From contig OX597815.1 of the NCBI GenBank assembly GCA_951406725.2, positions 174,530,001 to 174,594,000 on the forward strand: 64,000 bases of DNA, given 5' to 3'. Both the position numbers and the translations under genes were made by a program. Under the pieces are notes generated by a model. It had not been told where the DNA came from, made no database searches, and saw only the letters and a program-made list of their open reading frames with translations. This DNA comes from Octopus vulgaris (Eukaryota). Positions within the stretch are counted from its first letter, which is position 1; each line of letters opens with the position of its first letter. Of this stretch, positions 50,831 through 62,700 are shown one piece after another.

Positions 50831-51891
50831 TGTTATGTGATCCCAGCATAGGTGTTTTCTATTTTGGTTGAGTATATGTACGTGTACGTATATATATGTG
50901 TGTATGTATGTAGTTAAAAAGTTCACTTCCTAACAACATAGTTTCAAATACAGTATTAACAAAGGATGCAAGCATTAGAGTGAATCCCAGAAAACTAGTG
51001 CTCTTCAAACAAAGTATTGTGTTGGTACTTATTCTGCCCTGAGTTACAAGAACACTCTCCTATTACTCTCGCTATTGTAAAAGCAATCAAACATTGACTC
51101 ATGGGAAACCTGTAACTGACAGTGCAAATTGCAATATAAAAAAAAATTAATGACTAATTTTTAATTCTTGATTGTCATTATTTAAGTACTCTCACAGCAT
51201 TAAAGATCTCAGAGAAAATGATGATCATCACAACTTCCATTTCCTCATCATCATCATCGTCGTCATCATCATCGCCATCATCATCATCATTGTTGTCATC
51301 GTCATCATCATTTAATGTTTGCTTTCCCTGCTGGAATGAGTTTGACAATTTTGCCAACTTTAACATGGTTTGTACAGCTGGATGCCCTTCCAAATGACAA
51401 CCACTTTACAGAGTGAACTGGGTGCTTTTTACTTGGCATCAGCACCAGTGAGATCACCAGTGCAAGGTAAGACCTCTTCAACTGAGAGGGAAGTAATATG
51501 GATGGGGATGGCTTTGTGTAAGTTGATGAGAGGCAAGAGCATGATAGAGGGACGGAAAAAGGAGTGTTGCAGTACAGGAGACATGCAGCTATCACAGCTG
51601 GAAAAAGAGAAAAGAGAGGAGAAAGAGAGATGGTGAAGAAGATATATCCCATAACCTAATAGAAGTATTTCTTTTCTGAATTGATATCACTGCATCCATT
51701 AAGCAGTCCATCAGAAAATACAGATATTTGATGTTTGATTCAATATTTTTTTAACCTTTGTGCAAAGTAAATAATTTATTAATTATGTATTTTTAAAATA
51801 TTATATTCACCCTTTTTAAAAATATATCCAACATTTTTTTACTTCTAAAATTATTCCCTTTGTTTTATTTACAAATTTGTTATCACAAAAG

Positions 51892-52033
51892 AGTTTCCAA
51901 AACCTTTGGTCCAATGAAAGATTACTGAATATTGCTGAACAGATTTTGGGACCAGAAGTTTCTGGTCACCCAGTTTGGAACCTTCGTCCTAAAATTCCAA
52001 ATTCTAAAATTGTACAAGTTCCATGGCACCAAG
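51892..52033 (+). CDS. PhyH-family dioxygenase, coding exon 4
   Basis: Weak aaaag| acceptor, g|gtaac donor; SFQNLWSNERLLNIAEQILGPEVSGHPVWNLRPKIPNSKIVQVPWHQ supplies the first iron ligand His (WHQ|D). Confidence 0.85.
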
Positions 52034-52898
52034 GTAACATATATATATATATATATATTTTTTTTTTTTTCTGGTTGATGGTAGAGAGGTTTTTTTTTTT
52101 TATTAAACATTTTGGGATATTTAATTATGTCACCTTATTTCCTGAATTCAAATCCTACAAGGTCCAACCTTGCTTTCCATACTGTTGGTTCTCAGGGCGA
52201 AATATATCAAACAGTCACGGAAATCATTCCAAACATGGAATCATGGTTTACAGTCAACAGGTTTAGCATGGCAAATGAGATTAGCACAAAATTTCTTTGT
52301 CATCTTAAAAGTGAGCTTACTCAAAATATAGGAAAGGTATACTTAGAAACTCAGTACTGTACACTTAGTTCAAGAAATGGTACCTCAGAAATGTAGCAAA
52401 ATCCCTGATAGACTATAAGAAAACCTGAACTTCAGATCTTGTAGATTTGTTGGAATAATTACCAAAACAGATACCCATGAAACAAAATCTTTGAACTCCT
52501 CATTAGATATAGCTGATAGTTTCTTTCATCTGAATTATCAGTAAGCAACAAAGGATTCCTCTTTGGATGAAGGCAATTTCTATAAAGCATTTGTAAGAGG
52601 TGTTACTGCAGCATAGTAAGATGTGGAAATAAAAGTGGAAGATTTGTGGAGACTAAAAAGAAATGAGAAAAACAGAAGTCTCCTTCCCTCTGCAAGGGAA
52701 GTAAGAAAATAGCCATGTTTTAAAGGCTTTAGCTGACATAGGTAGGAGACATATATATGTTGACATGAGATGTAAATGGGTGAAAATAGCTGAAAAGGTA
52801 TCATGTATTGTTAATGAAGGAATATATTTTAATATTTGAATTACCTGTACAAGAAATCAATATTTTTCTATGTAAGCTATTAATATTTCATTACTTTA

Positions 52899-53105
52899 GG
52901 CTGTGCAGTGGCAAATTGTTTGCATGCCAGGTGAAATACTGGCATTTCATCCATTTTCACATTCTGAGTTTACATTCTGCTGAAATTGATTTTGCCTTTC
53001 ATCCTTTTTGGGTCAATGGAGTACCAATTGATCACTGGAATTGATGTAATTGACTTACTTTTCTCCCTAATTTTCTGATTTTGTGCAAAAGTTTGAAACC
53101 AATAT
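52899..53105 (+). mobile_element. Family-A tRNA SINE (decayed)
   Basis: attttgcctttcatcctttttgggtcaat...tttgaaaccaatatt. Confidence 0.75.
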
Positions 53106-53157
53106 TTCATCACTTAATTTATTCACTGAAATGATAGTTTAATTTTTTTTTTTCCAG

Positions 53158-53252
53158 ATAGCGCCTATTTTGATCCTGATTCTTATGATCATATGATACT
53201 GACTGCATGGATCCCATTCTTGAATACCAATGCTAGAAATGGAGGCATGCAA
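53158..53252 (+). CDS. PhyH-family dioxygenase, coding exon 5
   Basis: ttccag| acceptor, caa|gtaaat donor; (D)SAYFDPDSYDHMILTAWIPFLNTNARNGGMQ completes WHQD (HxD) and the WIP...NG motif of PhyH domains. Confidence 0.9.
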
Positions 53253-53934
53253 GTAAATAATTGTTTAATATCATTTTCATGTCAAAATTTTGAAAGAATC
53301 ATTACAGGTATCACTATAACCATAGTTGTATTGACACTGTTCTCATCACTATTCATCATCATCTCATCACTGTTCTTGTCAACTGAACCGTGCTGCAATT
53401 ATTGAATTTCATTCAAGAAGCAGAGACTTGGTTCCAACTCTTGAAACGTTGGTCTGTTTAAGTGAGGTATGTTGTGATTTAGGTATATGTGTGCAATGTA
53501 AAAGATTGCATCATGTAGGCCTTGCAGGTTGAGCAGTGTCCAATATGTGTTTGGGGTTAGGAATGAAGGAAGAATAATTAGTTAGTTCTAAGTTGAGCCA
53601 AGTTGAAGTTGAGTGTGCCTGGATAGTGTATTTGCATTTGTGCTGATGAGTTGGGAAAATGTTTCATAATTTATTGGGTGAATGGTTTGTGAAGTATATT
53701 TGTACTGTTTGTATATATGTTGCTTGGAGGTTTTCTTTCATTTGACCATGACTTTGAATATAGTAGTCACAATAACATAAGTATAGTGACAGAAATTATC
53801 TTTCAAAATTTCAATAATAGGAATGTCTGAGAAAATTGTTGTGCATTCCTATTGTTTTACTGTATTGTCTCCTATTTCTAGTTGAAAGTCATAGCCCTGA
53901 ATACTTTAAAATGACTCTGTTCTGCCTTTAATAG

Positions 53935-54040
53935 ATGGCTCGCTATGGTCATCGCACTGGAAAGGTTGCTCACCATACTTGCAGCCCTGGAGATACATGG
54001 TATGTCGATCTGGCTGAAGAAGAAATGCAAAAAACATTAG
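53935..54040 (+). CDS. PhyH-family dioxygenase, coding exon 6
   Basis: aatag| acceptor, g|gtaag donor; MARYGHRTGKVAHHTCSPGDTWYVDLAEEEMQKTL (GHR at the position of the usual GSH motif). Confidence 0.87.
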
Positions 54041-54651
54041 GTAAGAATTTACTTCAACTGTGACTATCACAGGACAATTTCTTGTGATGTTGAGATATTC
54101 ATGACTTTACAAAAGTTATTATGAAGTGGTGTTTCTTGTTTAAATCTTTGAAATTTTGTAAGGAAAACTCATATACCAACTACTTATAACTTCTTGTATC
54201 ATTTCCACTTGTAAGTATTGCAGAATATTAAGCTCTCACTGAGCTGAATCTATGACTTAGTTTCAATTCTTAGTCTGAATGATTTAATTTATACTGATGA
54301 TATATTTTGGAGCAGCATAAACATCATAACTTTATTCTTCATCCAAAAAGTCACATACAACTGAATACAGCTACAGAAAGATAGGAGTCTGCTAATCTAA
54401 TCTACTCTTGACACATTATGTCAAGACAAAGATTTCAGTTGTCACTTCAATCCAAGGAGACATGAGAAATTACAACACAATTGTATTCTGTATTTTATTT
54501 ACATTCCATTGTACTGAAAACAAGCACTAGATCACAAGTAAAATAACAGACTAAATTAATTGAGAAAATGAGGCATACTTTTCTTGATTGTAAAATCTTT
54601 ATCCTTCCATGATTCATATAATAAATTTGCATACAATAAGCAGTTTAAAAT

Positions 54652-54715
54652 TTGGTGATAACTAGTATTTCATGTCCAATACTTGGTGATAACTAGTATT
54701 TCATGTCCAATACTT
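54652..54715. repeat. Perfect 31-bp tandem duplication
   Basis: ttggtgataactagtatttcatgtccaatac x2. Confidence 0.95.
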
Positions 54716-55871
54716 CCTTAATATATGATGCTTATACAATAGTTCCCAAAATAAGTAGACAACTTGAATTCTACATCAATGCCAAACAAAGTGTTGTTTT
54801 CTTCCTATAATGAAATGTCTGCTGTGCTGGTATCAAAAACATATGATTGACTACTTCTATATTACATTCAGTTTAGTGCATCTATAGCTACATGGATAAA
54901 AAATTCTCTTTCACATGGTTTCAGATTTGAACACTCACCATGTCACCTTAAGCAAGTCTCTTTCACCATAATCTTGGATCAACCAAAGCTTTCTGGGTTA
55001 AATTTAGGAGATGAACTGTGAAACTTATCAGAGGGAGAATTTTTGATCTTGAGTAATAGACATCATTAGTCATCTGGTTTAATAACACCACCAGGCTTTT
55101 GAGTGCTTTTAATGGAGTATACTGTTTCAAGCCTTCAAGCCAGGACTCAAATCTGAAGATAACTTCCTCCTCTTAGTCTTCTCTTCTCTTCAGACACTAC
55201 ACCTACAAGTATCAGTAATCACAAACCTCCATGCCTAAGTCTGAAGATTCACGGTTTTACTTAGGAGCAATGGTTTCCTGTTGGTTACTTTGCTAGTCTT
55301 TCTCAAACATACCATTGAAGCACAAAGCCTATCTAAGCATTGGACAGTGAGATTGGTTCATGTAACATCAAGATTTGTCCACATATCAGTTGGCTAGTGT
55401 AACACATGTCTAGAATCAGCCTTCTTCCAAGTCCTTTGTACCTTAGTCACAATGTTGTCTCTCACCATTTCACCTATACTAACATCTCAGGCCAGAGCAG
55501 ATCTGAGAGTAGTAGTAACTAACAGATGAATCCATCCTACACAAAACTCCTAAACTAGAGCCTCACCCCTGGATGCAGTATAATGTGTTGCCCCTACAAG
55601 TCTTAGATGACTTGAAGAAGGTTCATGGCTGCTGGCCTTTCTCTAGTGACTTACTTAAAAAATGTATTTTGATTCAGATAACTCAACATCATTCATAACT
55701 TTATAACTATAGACAATACAATATATTTACTATATATGGCATCCCCTATGTATGGCTTGTAATTATATATTAGCAGAATTTCATTTAGATGATAGTCAAA
55801 TTTAATCTAAATATAATAAATCTAATAATCTTATAATACTCAATATGATTTTTAATTTTTATTATCTTCAG

Positions 55872-55956
55872 GTGTTGATTTAGAGAGAGATATTATAACT
55901 TGCCATGTTCCTTATGGTGGAATGCTCCTATTTCAAAATATCACACCACATCGAAG
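55872..55956 (+). CDS. PhyH-family dioxygenase, coding exon 7
   Basis: cttcag| acceptor, ag|gtaaat donor; (G)VDLERDIITCHVPYGGMLLFQNITPHR(S) carries the distal iron ligand His. Confidence 0.9.
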
Positions 55957-56065
55957 GTAAATATCTCAAATTTCAACTGAAAATAATGCTGGGATATTAA
56001 ATTATGATAGGTTTTGTGAAACCTTCCATGAACCTTTCAGGTATTTAATATTTTGTTTAGTTTAA

Positions 56066-56651
56066 GGTGGCAAGCTATAAAAAAACGTTAGCACGCCAGG
56101 TGAAATACTTAGCGTTATTTCGTATGCTTTTACATTCTGAGGTCAAATTCTGCTGAGGTCGACTTTGCCTTTCATCCTTTTGGAGTCAATAAAATAAGTA
56201 CCAGTTGTGTACTGGGGTCGAGCTAATCAACTGGCCCCCTCCCCATAAAATTTCAGGTTTTGTGCCTAGAGTAGAAAAGAATATTTTGTTTAGTTTTAAG
56301 GGATGATCTAGAACCTGAAAGAAAAGTACAATTAATTCTGTATTTTTTTTTTATGTAAGTTTTATCTGTATTATTTGGCATATATTTACTTTCTTTGAAA
56401 TTAAGGATCTCTGTTCAATATTAACATTCTTTACGGCAGTGAGCTGGCAGAATCATTAGCATGCTGGGCAAAATGCTTAGCAGCATTTCATTCGTCTTTA
56501 TGATCTGAATTCAAATACCACCAAGGTTGACTTTGCCGTTCATCCTTTCAGGGTCAATAAAATTAGTACCAGTTGAGCATCAGGGTCGATGTAATCAACT
56601 TACCCCTTCCCCCAAACTTGTTGGTCTAGTGCCAAAATTTGAAACCAATAT
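56066..56651 (+). mobile_element. Two family-A tRNA SINEs (56066-56282, 56435-56651)
   Basis: Both carry the gaggtcgactttgcctttcatcc-type body and aagtaccagttg. Confidence 0.88.
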
Positions 56652-56843
56652 TTATATTTTTTAGAAATCATTAATACAACAGTTATATCTAAATCCATTC
56701 AACCAAAAATTTTTTTTATATTTCCAATAAGTCAGCTCTATTGATTGTGATTGTTAGAAGAAGATTAATGATTAGGTTTGAAATTTCCCAATTATATTTT
56801 TGAACCAATCTTAATAACAGATCATCTTTTGTTCTTTTCACAG

Positions 56844-57039
56844 TTTGTTAAATATTTCAAATGATGTGCGTTGGAGTGTTGATTTACGGTGGCAATCTCC
56901 AAAGGAAAAATGGGGATTTTATAATCTCCAAGAAGGAATACTAATGAGATCAGAAAAACAGCCAGATTTAGAACCAGACTGGGAAAAGTTTCTTTCAACT
57001 GACCGTAAAACTGAGTGGCAAAAACGTTATTCTAAGAAG
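56844..57039 (+). CDS. PhyH-family dioxygenase, coding exon 8
   Basis: tcacag| acceptor, aag|gtatat donor; LLNISNDVRWSVDLRWQSPKEKWGFYNLQEGILMRSEK...KRYSKK with 2OG-binding RxS (RWS). Confidence 0.9.
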
Positions 57040-57453
57040 GTATATTTAATATTTTGCTATCTATAGGTGATAAACTGGCAGAATCATTAGACTGTCTCAG
57101 GGTATTTATTACACCTCTCTATACCCTTGTTTCAAATCTCACTGAAGACAGTTATAGCTTTCATACTTTTGAGATCAATACAAAAGTATAATCTATGATG
57201 GAGGATAGGCATAACGGTAAGAACATTGGGTCAGATAGTTATACTGGCTCTTTATGTTCTAAGTTCGAATCCTACTATGGCCTACTTGGGTGATAGACTT
57301 AACCTGCTGTCTGCTTTAAACCCCATCACCTGGCACCTTTAGTATTTGGACAAGGTTTCTGGAGTTTAACACTTTCTATCAAGTGTAATGCTCATTTATT
57401 TAAATAGCTTTGAATTAATTATGCATTATCTTGTAGCTTTGATCAACAAGATA

Positions 57454-57762
57454 CTCTTTTACTTGTTTCAGTCATTTGACTGCAGCCATGCTGGAGCACT
57501 GCCTTTAGTCGAGCAAATCAACCCCAGGACTTATTCTTTGTAAGCCTAGTACTTATTCTATTGGTCTCTTTTGACGAACTGCTAAGTTACGGGGTTGTCA
57601 AGCGATGTTGGGGGGACAAACACAGACACACACACATATATATACGATGGGCTTCTTTCAGTTTCTGTCTACCAAATCCACTCACAAGGTGCCATGCAGT
57701 GGGACTGAACCCGGAACCATGTGGTTGGTAAGCAAGCTACTTACCACACAGCCACTCCTATG
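57454..57762 (-). mobile_element. Family-B tRNA SINE
   Basis: gtgggactgaacccggaaccatgtggttggtaagcaagctacttaccacacagccactcc is the reverse tRNA head; tail tactcttttacttgtttcagtcatttgactg also occurs at 14161-14235. Confidence 0.88.
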
Positions 57763-58589
57763 CATGATTTTTTTTATGCAATAGGAAATATCATTTCATT
57801 TCATTATTTATATGGTTATCTCTTTTATCTGTATGGAATTTAGATGATATTTAGGATAACAGAGTATATATAAATGCATCAAACATTTTATAATTAATTT
57901 ACATTAATACCAACCCTAGTAAACCGATAGTCATTTCTAGCTTAACCATATGAATACAGGTTTATAGAGATATTTTTTACTTGATAGCCAATCATTGGTA
58001 TTTATTAACCCTGATAAAATATTAACTCTGAATATGGAGGAACAAAACTAAATACTGTCAGGCATTTGGTTTGTACTGTTTTTGTAATTCATTACCTTTC
58101 AATAAGAAAGTACAGTGGTACCCACAGGTCAGAACAATGCAAGTCAAAAAAAGAAAAAAGACTTATCTGATTCCAGTATTATAATAATCCTTATACAACA
58201 GTGGTGTCCCAGTATGACTGCAGCTTTGAAGCTGAAACATTTTTAAAGATTTAAAGGTTTATATCGCTTTGCCTCTGCACACAGTCTGTCTGACAAATCT
58301 CTCCCGAGCAACTACTCTTCCTAACACCACTACTCCAGCTGTGTTCCCTTCTGTCCCCATCTCTATCCATCTACCACTCCCCTCTCACATTCTCACTAAT
58401 CTGTTTACTTACCCATCCACCCTGTCCAATCCTCTCTATCATTTTTCTTAAATTCACCTTCTCGTAACTTGAGGGTATTTGAGACACATATTCACCACTA
58501 TCTTGCTTTTCCAACTAAGGTAGCCATATATTTTCTTCTACAGCAAAACACTTGTTGCAGTTCCTCTATCATACTTCAGCCTCTCAACA

Positions 58590-58890
58590 CATCATCATCA
58601 TCGTTTAATGACCGTTTTCCGTGCTAGCACGGGTTGGATGGTTCGACTGGGGTCTGGGAAGCCAGGAGGCTGCACCAGGCTCCAGTCTGATCTGGCAGTG
58701 TTTCTACAGCTGGATGCCCTTCCTAACACCAACCACTCCATGAGTGTAGTGGGTGCTTTTTACATGCCACCGGCACAGGTGGGGGCTGGCAGCGGTCACG
58801 ATTTGTTGGTGCTTTTTATGTGCCACCGGCACAGGTATCACAACTACAATTTCCATTTGATATTTATTTTGATGATGTACTTGACTCGGC
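58590..58890 (-). mobile_element. RTE 3' UTR fragment
   Basis: Near-identical to 15243-15430 and 10195-10370. Confidence 0.85.
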
Positions 58891-59464
58891 ATAAAACCAC
58901 TCTGATCAATACACATCAGTCAGTTGAGTGGGATGTAGTATTGTCTTGTGAGTCTTCTCACTAATAGTGGTGTCATGCAAAATGTGTCCAGTACATTCTG
59001 TAAAGTGGTTGGTGTTAGGAAGTGCATCCAGCTGTAGAAGCCATACTAAAACAGACATTGCAGCTTGGTGCAGTCCCCTGGATGGTCATATCCTGTCAAA
59101 CTGTTCAATCTAAGCCAACATGGAAAATGGATGTTAAATGATGATGATTATAATAGGTTGGAGCTTTGGATAAAATACCTCGTAGTTGCTTAGCTATGGC
59201 TCTTTACATTGAGTTTAAATCCTGCAGTGATCAACATTGCCTTTCATTCTGCTTTGATCAATGAAATAAAGTACCAGTCAAGAACTGGAGTTGATGTCAC
59301 TGACTAACCCCTCCTTCTTCTCACAATTGCTATCCCCATATCTAAATTAGAAACATTTATGCAATAATTATTGTTCCTATTTTTAATATCTTTTCTCTTG
59401 TGTAAGACATCAATATCAGAATAAGAAATCAATAGAATTATTTAACATTGCTTTTATTCAACAG

Positions 59465-59587
59465 GATGAGAACACTGATGATGAATTTAACACCTGTGTA
59501 TCAGGCCCATGGTTTAATCGATGGGAGATAGTTCACCGCAACAGACACATCAAGAGCTTCCGGTTTGATAATGAAGAAGCTAACTAA
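59465..59587 (+). CDS. PhyH-family dioxygenase, terminal coding exon 9 with TAA
   Basis: caacag| acceptor; DENTDDEFNTCVSGPWFNRWEIVHRNRHIKSFRFDNEEAN*. The nine exons sum to 1110 nt (369 aa plus stop) in one open frame. Confidence 0.82.
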   Translation, partial: DENTDDEFNTCVSGPWFNRWEIVHRNRHIKSFRFDNEEAN

Positions 59588-59722
59588 CATTTGAAACCAT
59601 CAATACATTTAAAAATCAAGTAGTTAATGTTTTCTCTCTGTCACTAGACCAAGTTGCTGACAACATTACAGTTTAAGATAAAATGGTACATCTGAATTAT
59701 TGTTAATGTTGTGCTTAATTGA

Positions 59723-59728
59723 AATAAA
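59723..59728 (+). terminator. Candidate polyadenylation signal of PhyH-family gene
   Basis: AATAAA ~135 nt after the stop, followed by T-rich sequence. Confidence 0.45.
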
Positions 59729-62700
59729 ACCAGTTTAATGTTTTAAATTATATTAAGAAATGTAAAGCTTTAATCTTTTTTTTAAAATTTGGATACTAAT
59801 GCACTTCTATAGAGGTCATAAATTTTTGTGAAACATTAAATGCATCTTTAAAAATAAATGCTAAGAAAAGAACTGAAATATGTTTAACACAATGAACATA
59901 CAAAATTTCAAAAATACTTTCTTTTTTATTTTTCTATTATTTTTGTTTTATTTTAGAGATTTTGTTAGATATCTCAAAAAATATCCCAATTTCCAATAAT
60001 GTTCCTATTTTCCACCATAATATCAAGGTTCTAATCATGACTTCGATAAAATTTTCTTTCCATTAACTGTTTGAAGATGAAGCCTACTAATATAGAAAAA
60101 TATAGAGTTATTTAAAATTACGTAAAATAAGATATATATGCATCTCGACAGATTAATTCTTTCATGTTTCTAACACAAAAAGGCAAGTCAATTTAAAAGC
60201 CATTGTGCATTAGAAATTTTGCTGAATGTAAAGTAAATCCTACAGATGGAGGATTCTAACTACTAATACCTCACATTTAGACAATTTTACAACAATGCAT
60301 TTCATTTTATGTTTTCCTTTGTGATTCGAAATTAATTTGTATGTAACAGTTTTGAAGCAATCAAACAAGTTTTAAATTCAGTACAAATAATAACAATAAA
60401 AAGCCATTGACAAATACAAATTGAATTTATTGTAGAAAAAAAAGTGAGCAAATATGTGAGTGAGTCATCAATCATCTCCAAATATTATTGAGATGTTTTA
60501 ATGTAGGAAATCACAGCAACTGTTCATATATTCTTTTTTTCATTTTTATTTATTTTTTTTTTACAAAAGTCAACAATTAATTAACTTCTGTGGAATATTG
60601 AAACAGAATGTCAAAATTTAAAAATATATTTATACAGAAAAATTTCATTAAATAATATAAATTACTTTGTCTTTTTTAATGAATATAACTCATAGAAAAA
60701 CTTTACTTTTGAATTTTCCTTAATCACCAATAGTTGATGTGATATATATGTGTTGCAATATTACGATTTTTAATTACTAATGGAGATTCAGATAAAGGAT
60801 CAGATCTCAAAATAAGTGTAAAAACATTAAAACATGCAAAAAAAACTAATATACAATACTGATAACAAACAGCTTGACTAGATTGTTAATATTATTGAAT
60901 AAATACTGTAGAAAATTATGAAAACCAAAAATAGTACATATTAGAAGTGTTAAATATCTTGAATACTGGTGCTACAAGAGAATTTTTTTTTATTAAGAAC
61001 ATTTTGTATGCCGTATTCAGTACATGCATATTCTAAAATGAGCCATAGATTGGAGGCTGGGTTCACAACCTGCTTTTGATTCCTATTTTAATCATTTCAC
61101 TTCACTAATGACACATGTCTGGATATTACACAAAGTTTTCAGCATTGTCTTAGAAAAAAAAAAAGCATTTTAAAATATAGAAATCTAGAATCCAAAGGTA
61201 CTGGAAGTTGTCTGCATCATCAAAAATTAATCCATAAGCGTTCAGAAAGTTGAATGCCATGTTAAGTGAAAGACTGCTCTTTCAAGCATTCTTTATTTAT
61301 ATATTTATATATATATATTATACCTTTGAAACCAGTTACTTTTTTTGATATGTAATAAATATGGTACCTAAACATTTATTTACTCTATTTTATTATGGTG
61401 TGATGAGCTCAACCAATTATTTTAGCATGGATTAAATCTCATTTTGTCATTGATGTTGAATGCTGAAAATATTTTAATGTTGTACAGTACAGTTTTGTTT
61501 AAGATATATTACTGAAAGTAACTTCAGGAATAGTTTTTAACAGAGAAGATGAGGTCAAAGAAAGTCTTGAAATGATACTGGATTTAGGAATATTACTGTT
61601 CCAAACTAAACAAGAAGGACTAACAAGAAAATAAGAAAAATCTTTAATAAGAAACAATTAAACTAAAACACAGCCATGGTTTGTGCATACATACATATAA
61701 TTTTGTAATTCTTTCTTGTATTCTATTGAATGTTATGCTAAAAATGTCTATGTGAAACACTGAAAGAAATGGAATTATTTCCTTTAAAAGCTTACAAAAA
61801 AGGGGTCTTCAAACACATCATTTAGTTGTTATGTCTTTCAGATTGCTTACAGTGGGGAGAGGGAAATTTTTGTAAAGAATGGAAAGCAAGCCATTATATT
61901 GATGGTAAAACCAGAGTTATGTTCATTCGATATGTAATTGTTAAAGAATCAACAGATCATTTTTTTAATAGATGAAACAAATTTCATAAATGGTATTTCA
62001 TAAATAAAAGTCTAAAATTATAAACAAACAATAAATAGTGATAGACATTCTGACTTAACAATGACCATCATGAGCAGTAACAAACGATGAAAGGCAAACA
62101 ATTTACAAACATCAACCCCATCCAACCTGACAAGTTAGTGCTCATGCTGGACTAAAAGCTAAAAGGCTTGAAAAGTATCTTCAGTTTAGAATAAAAAATA
62201 TTGACTACACAAGAATGCAAGAAAAGATATTTCAAGTAATATCATGTCCCTTCTTAAGATTTTTAAGAAGCCTTATATCTCAAGCAGAAGAGAAAAAAAC
62301 ATGAAAAAATGTGCACAGATTTGTAGAAAACCTAAAGTACAAGAATTCTGAAAATTACATTAGAATTTCAAAAGCAACTCTGAAACAATATCTTTAAAGA
62401 AAGTTACTGGCCTGTTCAACTACCAATTTAAATGTTTTAGTTCATATCATTAAAGGAGAAAGGAGTAATTTTTAAAATAACTAAAAGGCAAAAAACAAAA
62501 GTTGGTGCAAAGCTAGATTGACTGCAACAATCAAACATAAGTGACCTCATTACCAGTAAATGGAAACATTTTTCAATAGAATGTTAAAGTAGAAAATGAA
62601 AGGCATCAACTGGAAGAGACGAAAAATACAGGCTGAAGTTGAAATTAGGTAGAAACAGATATTCATGCAAAGAAACGGGTTGGCTGGCCAGCAGAACAAC

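Noticed and set aside
51178-51393. Poly-Asp ORF; also poly-His/poly-Met ORFs at 45147 and 20095
   Set aside because: Translations of (CAT)n tails of RTE 3' UTR fragments.
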